Assembly: GCA_048013815.1 (NCBI GenBank)
Contig: CM106585.1
Location: 1,922,001-1,986,000 of the forward strand
Length of the DNA: 64,000 bases
Reading direction: 5' to 3'
DNA from: Setoptus koraiensis
Lineage: Eukaryota > Animalia > Arthropoda
Positions 12,123-25,675 of the stretch are shown here, piece by piece. A program made the translations under genes and the position numbers. The stretch's first letter is position 1; every line of letters starts with the position of its first letter. Below the pieces are notes generated by a model that was given only the letters and a program-made list of their open reading frames with translations, made no database searches and had not been told where the DNA came from.

Positions 12123-14027
12123 GTAAGTAGAAACATTTATTTTTGCTTGAGTAATATTTGTTCTCGCTAGCTTGCCGCAATTCGTCGCAATTCGCGAAGC
12201 GGCCGTTGCAATTCGCGAAGCGGCCGTTGCAACCCGAGCCGGCCGTTGCAAGGGCCATTCCTTATATCTATTATAACGAATCTCTAGCGCGGTCACAGAA
12301 TTGGAATGGCCATTGCGACTTATTAGGTTGTCCGACGCGACAAGAACGCCAAAAGAAAACTCACCTATATTTATTTTTATGCACGTGGGCCCAGCAGATA
12401 ACCTGGCTTCCTGTCAGCCGGTCGTGTGCGTGTGCGTGTGTGTGTGATCTTGGGGCCAACAACAATTTTATATATATACCATGTTGATATAAATTGCATC
12501 ATGCAGGTAACCTAATCGTTTTTGCTTACGCTGCATTTAACAGTGCAACTGAGCTAAGAATTTGGGCCCCAATGCAAGCCGACAACTCGAGAAATTTTTG
12601 CGTCGACAATGCTAATGCACGATATTTCCAGCCGTACACACACACACACATTCGACGAGAATATAGACACGTTTTATGCGCGCATTCTCGAGAGACATTC
12701 GAAGCGAAAACTCAACATTTAGCCAAGCGTTGTTAGTTGATCTCGCCAATCGCAGGCTGTCTGTTGGGCCCAAACTCAGTACCATTTTGGCCCCAACCGA
12801 AAACGCATGACATTGTCTCAGTGGGCCAAAAAATAACTAACAAATACCATACGTCACTTATTTGATTTATAGCTAAAAGATTGTCCCGATGTTGTCGCCG
12901 GCGTGGCACTTGTAGTTGTTGTCGCCGGTGTCGCACTTGTAGTTGTTGCCGACGCAGTTGTTGTGCATGATGATGATGTAGTTGGCGCGGACGATGATGT
13001 AGTTGGCGTAGATGTCGCTGCAGTTGTAGCCAGTTGCACAATTGATGCTCGCGGACATTGGCCTGAGTGGTCATCGCGCGGTGGGCATCGTCAGTTGTTC
13101 AGGGGCAGCTATTCTACATACGGTGCGGCAACACAAACAAGCTGACAAGTGCTGACAAGTGTGTTACATAATAATAAGATCCACTGACCTACGCTCTGTC
13201 TCTCTCTCTGCCTGCCTATCCAATCATCCGTTTCTATGGTGGTGCGTTTGTGCGTGTAGTTACATCGATATGACTAATACCCACTTTGTGTCGCGCTCGC
13301 TCTCTTGGGCGCGCAACTACTTATATGCTCGTTCAGACTCGCTGTCAAGAGAGTTACGCAACAGCGACAACAACAGCGACAACAACAGCGACAACGGCGA
13401 CAACGGCGACAAAGAAACGACAGTCGTTTGTTGCATTCAAAATCCATTAAGCTGGCTGGCCGGCCGATGCCAAATGTATCCGTTGTAATGGATTCTCTCT
13501 CTCGCTCTCTGGCAGCGACAACGAGCCTCTTATGCTAAATCTTGATAATGGATTCTCAGCACAATCGAGACACACAATCTGTACGCCGCCGGTGCATGCA
13601 ATATATGCAATACCCCCGGCGTACATTATGGCCGGGGGTATTCATATGGGCCCAGTTGAACTGGCTGCGACCGGACAGTTCACATTGTCTATTTATTTAT
13701 ACATTTGATGCACTAGCTTGTTGTATTCATTGAAAACTGTCGCTCTATCAATTATCAATTGATTCATCGTCATTTTTTGGCGACTCGACGGCCTGTCAAT
13801 GGCGAGTTACATGCTATTGTTTTCAGTTTCTTGTGGGCTCTTGTCCGATGGATCCAATGCAATGTTATCACGATATTATCATGATAACAATACAATATTG
13901 TCTGGTATTTGGTACATTCTCTATCCGATAGAGTCTATCGCGTTGATTTGTGAACGTGCCCTGCGAGCATTATTTCAAATTATTATTATATCAAATTGAT
14001 TTATTTTCTGTCCGTTCACCTTTGCAG

Positions 14028-14076
14028 GCAAACATAACCTGTGAGACAGGCGCAGCAAATCCGGCCCCGCTAATCG
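14028..14076 (+). CDS. Ig gene 49-nt exon: ANITCETGAANPAPLI
   Basis: Pyrimidine-rich acceptor TTCACCTTTGCAG|, donor ATCG|GTGAGT. Encodes the Ig B-strand Cys and the NP-P motif. Confidence 0.85.
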
Positions 14077-14459
14077 GTGAGTATTTGTCGCGCTAAATGA
14101 GCGCCAGCAAATTCACGACAACCACTCTTCATTGAGGGTGTTCGTTGAGTGTTGCCCAAGTGAATGATCGCTGACATCAAGGCCGTGGCTGTAATAAATA
14201 TAAGTGCTACAGTACTAATTAGCTAACTGATCTTCCGTGTTTGTGTGCTCGACGCTAATGGCGACCAACCAACTACAAAAATTGATTTGTTGATTGACCG
14301 GTTTCATTTGGCCCGCCAAACAAACTAACACAAACACAAAAACAATTGATTAAATGACCAAATGATCAAATGATCGAATCAACCAACCGACCAAACAAAC
14401 GGATAATTCAATGCAATGAAACAAAATGAAATGAAACAACACCAATGAACGACACGCAG

Positions 14460-15266
14460 CTTGGTTCGTTGGCGAGCGACCGGAGCCCATGTTGTCAAAT
14501 GTGCCAACAATGGACAAGTACAGTGGACAAGTGAAACAGCAACAACAGCGACAACTTTTAAGAATGGGACACAATGTGACAATGCCAATGAGCCAGCACG
14601 AGCACGATTGGATTGAGTTCATTGAAACGGAAATCATACACGACATGGCAGCTAATAGCAATAATAATTGCTCTGTCAAGTCAACATTGGTGCTATCTAG
14701 TGATAAATTGAATTTTCAATTAAATCACACAAAAGTGCAGTGTCTGGCATTGAATTGGTGGCTGCTGGACTTACTAATGGACAACAATAACATAACATTG
14801 TTGCCCGATGGCGGCAACATTGGGGCCCAAATTAATGACACTTCTGCCAAGCAAATTAGACAAGTCGTGCTTGCCTACAAGCGCCGACTCCATGACGGCG
14901 CCAACAACGATGACAGCGCCAACAACGACGACAGCGCCAACAATGACGATGACGCCAATATCAACCACGACAACAACAGCGCCAACAACCACGGCAACAA
15001 CAGCAACAACCAGGGCAACAACAACGACCGAGACGACAACTTGTCCAGTAAACAACTGGATGGCAAGTGGCGACAAAGTGGCCCGAATGAGAGAAAAAAA
15101 ATCACGCTTCTCAGCGAATGGGAACGGCGCACTCTTTGGGCCCAACTGAGGTACAATGCCGCGATGCAGGGCCCCAATGCGAGCCAACAGCAAGACGAAT
15201 TGGCGCAAGCGCTGCTAACCAGTCTTGTGGCCAGTCGCCCAGTGGAGCTCCAAGTGAGCATAGTGT
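14460..15266 (+). CDS. Ig gene exon: AWFVGE...VKSTLVL...KVQCLALN...PVELQVSIV
   Basis: In frame with ORF 14489..15298. Acceptor ACGCAG|, donor GTGT|GTAAGT. Completes the Ig domain begun in the previous exons. Confidence 0.85.
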
Positions 15267-18200
15267 GTAAGTACAACCACCACTTAATCAGACTGTGATT
15301 ATGAGAGCAAGGCCAGCACATGAGTTTGTTGACTGGCGGCAAGTAGGCGGCGCCACCGTGCAATAACCGGCTGATTGAAACGAGTGACCTGATAATTGTG
15401 AGCCCAACAAATCACGGCGAGACAGCGCAAAAGGAGCAAAAAGGAGCAAGAGAGAGCAAAAGAGAGCAAAAAATAGCAAAAGGGGCCAAAAAAGCAAGCG
15501 AAAGCGTGTAAAACGAGCGCACCGAGCGAGCAAAAATGGTGTATAATTTGCATGATAATACGCGCAGAGTTGTGAATGATTGATGATTGGGCCCCATTTG
15601 AACTTTGACGTTTAGCTGGAGGGGCCACTGACTCGGCCGGCAGCATCATTGGCCGGGCCAGTGCTCATTAGACGGCACTAAATGTTCATTACTGGCCGGC
15701 ATATCGCGCACTGTGCAGACACTGTGCGCTGGCGATATGCTGGCTGGTGCGCGTATAATCAATCGATGGGGCCTCACTTGTGGCGGCTCACAGTAGCGGT
15801 CGCAAACCGACAAACTCAATCTAATGAATTGTTGAAAGTTTGTCGGGCACGCATGCTGAACACAAACAAAAAGTAAACATAATTGTGTGAACTATGCATT
15901 TTGTGGCTTGCCGTCGCTGGCTGTGGCGGCGCCAAAGTGACGGCGCACTTGGCTGCGCATATCAGCAGTGTTGCGATGTCTGGCAATTGAATGGGGCCCC
16001 GGACAATTGGACCGCATCCCGTTGCAATTGTGCGCGGCGTCGTTCTCGGCTCGCGATTGGCGGCTCAATCCGCTCAACTCGCGATTGGCCGCTCAATCCG
16101 CTCGACGCGGATTGGCGGCGCTCAGCGGCGGATTGGCGAGCGCAAGTGGCCGCTAATTTTTAAGTTGCCCTCTCGCCGGCCCGACGCACACACACACGCC
16201 GTGGGCCCCTTTGTCTCTTTCAGCCCGGTCCGTTTGTCCGTTTGTGCGATGTTATCTGCGATCGCGTTTCCGATCGTCAATCGAGGCGCGCTGATGGGGC
16301 GCTCTCCGGCCTAACAAGTGACGCTCGCACAACAAACAACAACCGCGCAACACCAGTTAGCCGACACACTCAACAATGCACTCTAAACAGCTCGCCAAAG
16401 CAACAAAATAAAACGCAACGCGAAATAAAATAAACTGAAATGGAAACTGGAATAAAATGAAATGAAATGAAAGCGGCGCAACGAGCACGTTCAGCCGCTC
16501 TCGTTTCAGCGAACGTGCTCGGCCCTCAAGGCGAATATCCTGTCGAAATATCGCTGGTGTGCGATATGCAGCGTCGACGGCCGCGCCCGATTGGATCGGA
16601 TCGGATATTGAGATTGCCGTTCGCAGTTATGGTTTGCGATGGTGCGCGAGACGCAATCAATTGTGCGCTGCATTTAAAATTGTGTATTTCACTTGCACTT
16701 TTCACAATTTTCCCCATGCTCGTCGCGCCCAACTCAGATTCGCGGGCCAGCTCTTATTATTCATTATCATTATTAATTTGCTCGCTTTTTATCAACATTG
16801 GCGCTATTCTGTCGGCGCTATTCTGTCGGCGCTATTCTGTCGGCGCTATTCTGTTGGCGATATTTCGTTGGCGATATTTCAGCCGATACATTGGCCAGAT
16901 ATGTGTTTGGCTGCATATGCGGGTGTCGGCTGCAGCCAATGGTTCGGGCCCGCCGCGCATCGGCAAGTGGATAAACGACATGATTAATCTGTTGCCAGCC
17001 TCTTTGTTGCTGCGACTCGTCGTCGCTAGATACAGATCATATCTTTCTAGATTAATTACTGGCGCTGCCGCTGCCCCCGTTTGTGCAGCACATTTGTCGT
17101 CGTCACTTTCGTACGCGTTTTCACGTGTTCATTCGCGAGTCGCGAGTCGCGAATGAATACTCTGCTGTGCTCATTCACAACAGCGAATGAGTGAGTGAAG
17201 GTTGCCTCTAAAGTTTTACAATGGGCCGCCAGTATGATTTATGTGTACGGCGTGTCATCGGTTTTGCGTCACTTGGCTCCGGCACGCGAGCCAAGATTAT
17301 AGATTATAGATAAGCTCGTAGCCGGCGAGAGCACCTAGCTGCGTTCGCGACTCGCACTGTGTGCGATGCGCACAGCGCGTGGGTGTGTGTTGGAAATGGC
17401 CATTTCCAACAGTGTGTGCAGTGTGGCCAAAGTTGCCTTTGTCAAGTGCCAGCTGATCGAGTGATATGGAGTGATGTGATAAGTATTGACACATTGCTAC
17501 TTGGCAGCTAACATCGACTGGCACTGTCCGGCAACAACGACAGCGGCAACAACGACAGCAGCGGCAACAACGACAGCAGCGGCAACAACGACAACAGCGG
17601 CAACAACGACGACTGCCACCGCACGCTGACCGGAAGGGATAGTTTATTTATGGAGTGTGGAAAAGACAAGTGTAGTCATAGGTATTGCGTGTGCGTGTGC
17701 ATTGTCTATTGAGGCGAAATAATAAAATGCATCAATGTTGTTATCTCTGGTTGGCGTGTGAGTCGCTGTGTGTATGTCATTGTTGTCACAGATACACACA
17801 ATGTCACACACAATGAGCGGCCAGTTGAGCTGGCCAGTTAGTTACTGCGTGAATATTATCTTTTCATTTTGGTTTGTGTCAACGGTGTCTTGCGCAATCC
17901 TGCGACAATCCCCACAACAGAACAGACAGAGAAAACGAGCGAAATAACGGACGCGCACGGTATAATGTAAAACTGTCCACTTGCAATCTTTTGCCATGCA
18001 TGATCGATATCGACTTTTATCGATTTGATTTTCCTCCGTTTTCGTCCATTTTCCTCCATTTTCCTCCATTGGTCATGGTGACTTGAGTAGGAATTGGCAA
18101 GGGGCTCGCTTATCGTGTTATCACTGTATGCGATGATTATCATCGAAAGATACACACAAATAATACAACTATGTGTGTCCGAATCTAACTGTGTGCGTCT

Positions 18201-18970
18201 CGATCACGACTCGTGATTCACGAGATGACCCATGGCCAACAGCGCCACCAACAGCAGCAACAACAGCAGCGACAACCACAACAACAGCAACAGTAACAGA
18301 CGGCAGCCACAACGAAGCGACCAAAAGAATATGACGTAATGCGTGCGCGATTTTGCATAACGCGCGCGCGCTGGCTTTTGCCGCTAGTTGTGCGCGTGCT
18401 GGCCCAGCTCGGCCAGTGGCTAGATTATGGCGATTTATGGAAAGCGTTGGGCGCCGGTCCAACGTCGAATGTTGAATGGCCACTGACCGCTGGCCTGTAC
18501 ACTGAGCAGCGTGATCTAATCGATAATCTGGGCACAATCTCTTGTGACAAGATTCTTTTCATCTTGTGCCCGTCCGACGGTCGGCTGGTCAGTGTGGCTC
18601 GGTGTGGCTCGGTGTGGCTCGGTTCGGCTCGGCTCGGTCCAACAGACAGTCCAATCACGAGCGTCGTATGCTGTCGGTCAGTGTGGTCAGTTGGCGCAAG
18701 CGGCAGCAGCGTACCATCAGTCCATTGGTTTGTCCAAAATGTCATTTGTAATCTACACATATACAGCTACATCTAATTATTCAACATTCTTTGCCCATTC
18801 ATGCAACAATACCCATCAATACGCAATGCCCTGTCTCGCCACTACACGCCCTCATTCATTATAGTAAGCGATCGATATGCTGCACGTACTGCAACTTGCC
18901 GTTCCATTCAATGTCGTGCCATGGTCAGCCGTCCGCTGGCAACGCTGCCACTTATCTCACACGAAACCTC

Positions 18971-19071
18971 ATATAACATCTCATATAACATCTTATATAA
19001 CATCTCATACAATATACGAGATGTTAAATAACATCTCGTATAATATATAAGATGTTATATAACATCTCGTA
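18971..19071. repeat. Mixed direct and inverted array of an ATAACATCTC unit
   Basis: Direct copies plus inverted repeats at 19013-19042 (14-bp arms, 2-nt spacer) and 19050-19067 (perfect 18-bp palindrome). Confidence 0.9.
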
Positions 19072-21833
19072 TGATATACAACATTTTGAATAATGCATAA
19101 TATGTTATACACGGCGCACATAGTTGCAATATACAATTTTAACAACGGCACTCGTTCGCAACTGGCCGCAACCGGTAACAAGTGCAATTAGCAAATTTGT
19201 AATCAAATATCGACAGTAGCGCACAATTGCAATTGAGGCAACCGCTCTCATCGAGTGTGCAGTCGTGCTCAAAGTGACCCGATATGCATTTTTAATCCCA
19301 TTGATCCCATTGACGCAAGTGCGATCCATATCGCACTGGCCACTGTAAATATTTGTCCATGACAAAGTGTCATCATCGGCCAATTGTCGCGAAACAATTG
19401 CGCTAGCCACCGTGCTGACAATTGTGAATACAGACTCTGTATTACAGAGTGATGAACATATGAGAGCAGTGATTATACCGTGTGTTTCTTATGTAAATGT
19501 TTTGTCGCCCGATTTGTCGCTGTTAGTATCTGTGCCGAGACGCGAGTTGGCGCCGCTGACGCAACGACGCATTAACGGACGCAAATTGTTGACAAATAGT
19601 GAAAAACAACAAACGGGTTGTTTACGGGTCATAGTTACCCCTCACTTTTGCCACCTATTTTACAATATTTTACACTGGCTGGCCAAAGTGGTAACTGTTG
19701 GCGCTTGCAAAAGGTGTGCGACAAACGCAAGCAAAAGCAAAACTCTCTGGTCGAACTGATTGAACCGGCGATATTATATTAATACTTGTACTATTATTTG
19801 TGTTGGTGTTGGCGAGATATTGTCACCAAATTGCATTAATCGCTCAATTTAGCTTGTGCTGTTGTCGCAACCAATAACCCCGTTGCGATATTACATATTC
19901 TCTGGCTATATTTACTCAAGTGTATTTATATATTTATTGTGTGTTTTGTTGAATGGGCCGGGGCCGGCTCAGTGGAACTGGCCGCCGACGATGTCGAGCC
20001 CGAGGAATTCGCACCGCACCCGCACAAATATTGTCAGGCGGGGGCAGCCAAATGAGAAGGGGCCCCCGCTCGCATATAAGTTATATATGATATATGTGGT
20101 GTTATATAGATATCAGGCCAGCACGGGCACACATATTAAATTATGACGCACGCTCAAGTGTCGCTCAAATGGCCGCCCGGCCCCAGAAACCGACCAACGC
20201 CGACCGGCCAGCGTTTGCGGTCACTGGCCAGTCGGCAGTTGGGGCCAGCTTAAGTCCCGACGGGCCAAATCGATGGAGCGATTGGTGCGAGCGGGCAAAA
20301 CAATATCAATTCTCATTCGCGCAAGCCTTATTTGATTACAACTGGCCGGCGGATATTTTCTTGGCGCTAGTGTCGCAAGCTGGGGCCTCGGCTGGAGAGG
20401 GGGCGCGAGGTCACTTTGGGCGCTGCTCAATTTGTTATTTGTCGCTGCTCAATAATCTCACCACACCGCTACCGCTGCTAGCATTACCAGTGGTCACTAT
20501 GGGCACTATGGGCAGTGGGTGAAATATAACTGTGCTTACAACCAGTTGTGAGTTGCAAGTAAATACAGCCCCCGATGATGATGTCAAGCAGGGTCGGGTA
20601 TTGGGCAGCGGCACAAACACTGGGCACAGTGGGGCTGGTTTGCGGTCGCGGTCGCGCTTGTGGATTAATCAAAGGACAACTTTATGTACAAACTAACAAC
20701 GACAAAGACCCAATTTATCTCTGATAATGCAGCGCGGTGCGATATGCAGCCGCCAGTGGGCGCCCGGCGGCCCGCGGTTGGCCGAGCGGCCCGCGGTTGG
20801 CCGAGCGGCCCGCAGTTGGCCGAGCGGCGCCCCATTTTGGCGTTTTAGCAACAAACTTGGCACTGAGGAGACGAGACGCACACACAATAATGACTATTTG
20901 TGGTGATCGCTGGCAAAATATTTGGCAGACGCCATTGTTGGTGTCCGGCCAACGCGCCATTGTAGATAAACCATCATCAATTTAGCATAACCATAAGGCG
21001 CCCCCCTCAATATACCGCGCCCATTGAATACGCGCGCAAACGCATATATGTCGCATATGCATATAAGTGTATGCGACACACAATGCCGCTGCATACTGGC
21101 GCACTGGCTATACGCCGACTTATAGGCTACTTGTATTTGCACGTGTATGCGCGTCGCTTGTAGTGCCAATTGTGTTGCGCGTGCAACAAATCAGGTGCAC
21201 GCCGATGCCATGTTACGCAATGTGTATAATGAGAATAATAAGAGACAAGACTTTGCCAAGATGTGCCGCGTACTCATATACACACAGTGTGTGTGTAGTG
21301 CCATTACTATTAATCTCCACTTGCCCACTCACAGACCCGCTCGCCTCGTGTCCACTCACTGGCTACATCCGGCCGGCACCTAGCGCCGTTCGCGCACTCT
21401 TTATATTGCTTTTTATTGCTTTATTCTAGGCACATCTATGCTATACACTATTCCATGTCGCTGCAATGTGCCGTCAAACTGTATGTGGCGCTGTATATAG
21501 CCATGACATACACAGGCATGACTCATACCGGTGCCGATATGCGGCTTGGTATGCCCAAATACCAATTACTACAGTTGCATAATACGCAACTTCACTACGC
21601 AACACTCTCATTGCAGCATACTCTTACATTACAATGTAACAAGCTCTTATGCAAGAGTATGCTGCAAACAACAACGACTTGTTGTACTGACTCGCCTCGC
21701 AAATCTAACATAAATCTAATCTCATCTCTTTCTTGCTTGTCACCTTGTTTTTGTTTTGTCGGTGTCTCGCTATTTGTATCACTTTTATATTATTTATACA
21801 CACACATATTTTTACACGAACACATACGCGCAG

Positions 21834-24800
21834 ACGAGCCAAAGTTCGTGCTGACAAGAGACGAAAGCCTTGCGACACCCGATAAACTACAAATGGGCCT
21901 CTATTTGCCACAACACAGCCACAACAGCCACCTTCGTTTACAACCGCAGGCCGCCACAGTTACAAACAACAGCCGTCTGCTTCCCATCATGCCACTGACA
22001 ATACCGGCCGAACCGGAAGCGGTAGTGTCAGCGGAAATGCTCAAACAGGAGACAACTTTAACAAGTGGCATAAACAGTGTTTTGTCACCTGACAAGTGGT
22101 TAAAGATTTACAAGTTCCATGTTCAGTCTAATCCCGGCTTAGACACAATTGTTTGGTATGAGATACTCAACTTTAAACAGCAACAATCAATCACGATGAA
22201 CCGAGACAACAACAACAACAACATAGATAACGACAACCTGGACAAATCAGCTTATGACTATCCGTCAGATAGGACGCCATCTGACGGAGCGGGCATTAAC
22301 GACGGGTTTGTTAGTTATGTTCGCAACCATGATTTAACTAATTTTGAATTGATTCCATTCACAATTAAATATCTCAGCGGCAATCATAGTGGCAATGGCC
22401 AGCCTGATCAATATGTCACAAGTACGAGCAAAGAGTCAGAAGACGACTATGACAAGAATGATGCTGGCAGCTACGTTAGAGCAACCAGCACAAAGATAAT
22501 TGTTTCCGGTCGTTGGCACAGTTGGCACAATGATTATCATTCGCTAGCAAATTTAACATTATTGTGCGTTGCATCAAACAAAATTGGCACATCGCATATG
22601 ATTTTCACTTTTCGTCCAGACAAAAACTCGACAAGATTGTCAATGATTAATAGCACTGCCCATAATAGTAACAACAACTGGAATAATTGGACTAGATCGA
22701 GTAATGCACAATTGTTGGCCAATAACATGGGCCAGAGTATTGTTGAGCAACACGACGATGTGTTTGTGAGTATTTCGCACCGGAACAAGACTGTTGAGCG
22801 ACCACAAACAACGGCAGTTGCAAACCAGTTGAGGAAATTCAATTTAAATGCAACAGCAGCACAGTTGGGCGATAGACACAACAAACAGCAGCAGCAACAA
22901 CAACAACAACAAACAACAACAAACGCCAGTTTGTTTGATAGAATGATAGTGAATAAATTCAACCAATTAAGCCAGAAAGAAGCAATGGTGCTCGTTTGGC
23001 TGACGCTGGCGTTGCTCTTGAGTTCGTTGGCTACTGTTCTGTTGATCATCGGTTATCACTACAAAAAAACAATTAAGTCAACTAGACAACAATCAGTGGT
23101 CAACAGCAACAACAAGCAGACAACAGGCTCCACCAGCACTGGCTCGTCGTCGTCATCTTCGTTCACCACAGACAGAGGCCACCATTCCAGAGACGATCAC
23201 AAGTCATCTCCTAGAGCATCATGCCAGCACCATCCACAGCAAACCGACGACAGTGTCGAGATGCTATTGCGTTCAGGCGCGGATAATCGCTTGCAAGCTC
23301 AATTGAGCAAACGTTTATCCCTTGACGACCTGACCAGTGGTCTATGTATCAATTCAAGGTGCCCCAATGATAATAACACTGGTGATAACAGCGACAATAA
23401 ATTGAAGCAAGCCAGCGTTCGCCACAGTCTCACTCTAGACAGAATGTCTCAGGTAAGACAGGCCAACATTGCGAGTACCTGTTTCGTCGTGCAATGTCCC
23501 ATTCAGAGATCTAGAGCAAACAGTGTAATTACGGCCCCGGATCGAGTGAGTTATATTAACGATGGCAATATACTTGACGATAGCAACCCCGACGACCACA
23601 ACGACAACATCAACCACGTGCAACAACAAACAATTGGCGATTATGGCGGCTCCATAGACATTTCAGGCGACGATGCACATTTAAAAATGAGACAAGCGTC
23701 AACTTTTAGTCAATTCAATCAGCTACACAGCAAACATTTAGAATACTGTAATAGAGACGACATTGATGAGACATCTTTAATGAGCTTGTCGCATCAGCAT
23801 CATCGACATTGTGATGCACGACAACGAACAGCCGCTCATAACCAATTTATAACTGATACAAACATTGTTGCCTGTGGTGACAACAACAATGTGAAAGATG
23901 ACGCTTCTCTGGAAATAATGTTACATAATGGTAATAACAGTAATATGGCCATAGAAGACGGTAAGCCATTGGCGGCGGATGCATTGGAGCTAGCGGATCA
24001 GTCGTCGTCGTCGATGTCGACTTTATTTAATACCAGCACCAGCGACTCGAAACTAACTAATATTGGCACACTATTAGTATCTGAGACCACTACTAACTGT
24101 GCCAACAACAACAACAACAACAACAACTTGCAACAGCAACAACAAATGAATCATATGGCAACGGATAATCAAGAAGAGAACAAAGGGCATCACTCGATTA
24201 ATTCCTGTCCCTCTCCATTGTTGTGTCAGTCGTCATTGGATCAACACCAATACTACAAACAACAGAAACAACATGACCACCAACATTACCAGCGGCAACA
24301 ACATTTCCAGGCTAGTGATGCTTGGACACCAGCCCTAACTAATGACCAACAACATCATTCAATGAACCAAAGTCATCGTCCCCTTATGGCCATGATGATG
24401 GTCAACACAGCACCAAACAACGTTGGTCATCTTAGTTCGTTACAAGTTTTCAAGCTAACTGGCCAAATGACTGACCAGCTAACCGACCAAATCATCGGCC
24501 ACCAGCCTGACAACCAACAAACAGAGCAACGCCACCATGAGCAATCAAATGAACTCCAATCGCAACTTCAACACCATCACCATCACCAGCTATACAGTGC
24601 TGGCCAGTTAATATCTGGTGCCGATCATCATCATCATTGGCCCCAATCGCATCAACATTCGATGTCAGTTCAGTCATCGGCAACCATTAAATCATTGAAT
24701 CACAACAACTGGAACACAAACAACACAACTATTATTCGAGATGGTGATAACAATCAACAACAGCAACAGCAACGCTTCAACAACGATGCAACAACAAACA

Positions 24801-25645
24801 TCATCAGATATTGCTATGATTCGGCAGCAAACAATATTAATGGACAACAAACATTGTCAGTGCAGCACACGCCAAGCTCGCCGTCATTGTCGTCCACGAT
24901 AGTCTTATCCAATCAACAATCAAAGCTTGCTGTCATCAGTAACGGCGCTAATGTCTATAATGCCAACACTAATCAACAAAATAATAATAACTGTAACATG
25001 TCGCTATCGTCTGACGAAACGTCGTCTACATCATCTCTCGACTTACATGGACGCCGTTCCATGAATCAACCATTGCTTATGATTCCCAATAACAACAGCG
25101 ACAGGCATCAGCAATACCACCATTTAGATGTCAAACAAACGTTTGGTCAGAGGTCAATTAATTCTGATGGCAAAAATCACTGTGCTACCCCCCAAAATAC
25201 ACACACAGACTACTGTAGATTAAACCAATTTCAGTCTGATTGTGATCACGCAACTAACACCATTTCAGTTAGGCCAGGAGCTACCGTCATATCTAATGGT
25301 CATAACCATGGCGGCTTGCGCCAATCGCAATCTACCACTTCTTCGCTTTCGTCATCCTCGAGCATGATTGGAAGAAGCTTGATGACCACCAGACACCAAG
25401 TTTGGCCCCTTCAAAATACCCATCAACCTTACAGCCTTTCGTTGAATTCTAAGGATTCCGACGAGCTCATGACAAACTCTTCGTCGCCTCCATCTAACTC
25501 TACCACCGCAATGACTTCGCCTATTCCTACAAATTATCCTGTCACAAAGACGGAACACCAACATACTGACAACATCAATGCAACTGATACGGTCAAGAGA
25601 AATAATAAAAAATTAATTCACGTGTCCTTCGTTGACGAGATGTAA
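21834..25645 (+). CDS. Ig gene terminal exon: last Ig-like domain, TM helix and a cytoplasmic tail of about 860 aa
   Basis: Part of ORF 21416..25645. Acceptor ACGCGCAG|. Motifs YEPKF, VQSNPGLDTIVWY, LTLLCVASNKIG. Stop TAA at 25643-25645. Confidence 0.88.
22982..23056 (+). other. Transmembrane helix AMVLVWLTLALLLSSLATVLLIIGY followed by HYKK
   Basis: An uncharged hydrophobic run of about 25 residues followed by basic residues (positive-inside pattern). Confidence 0.85.
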
Positions 25646-25669
25646 ATGCTTCTGTGATAGTTTTTGATA

Positions 25670-25675
25670 AATAAA
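25670..25675 (+). terminator. Candidate polyadenylation signal of the Ig gene
   Basis: AATAAA 25 nt after the stop codon. Confidence 0.5.

Larger units (their letters stand above)
1..25645 (+). other. 5'-incomplete gene model: giant nephrin/Sns/Hibris-like Ig-superfamily cell-adhesion receptor. Exons 1-131, 1118-1615, 6328-11325, 12007-12122, 14028-14076, 14460-15266, 21834-25645.
   Basis: All six introns are GT-AG and phase-compatible. Junctions rebuild Ig linkers and strands: QLLVI-VPPRD, LLPG-EAST, LNIT-FLQK, PIREHSQ-ANITC, PAPLI-AWFVG, VSIV-YEPKF. There are six Ig-like modules plus the last strand of a preceding one, and one TM helix. The family call rests on remembered motif patterns (CD80-like C2-set domains), not a search. 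Confidence 0.8.

Noticed and set aside
16467-17156. 229-aa ORF with hydrophobic stretches
   Set aside because: Includes a GCGCTATTCTGTCG tandem repeat, shows no recognisable motif and is not needed by the exon chain.
21416-21833. First 139 aa of the 1409-aa ORF, including a hydrophobic stretch
   Set aside because: Lies before the acceptor at 21833. It is the pyrimidine-rich intron end read through in frame.
25604-25633. KKLIHVSF as a PP1-docking RVxF motif
   Set aside because: Lacks the basic residue at the required position, so the match is too weak.
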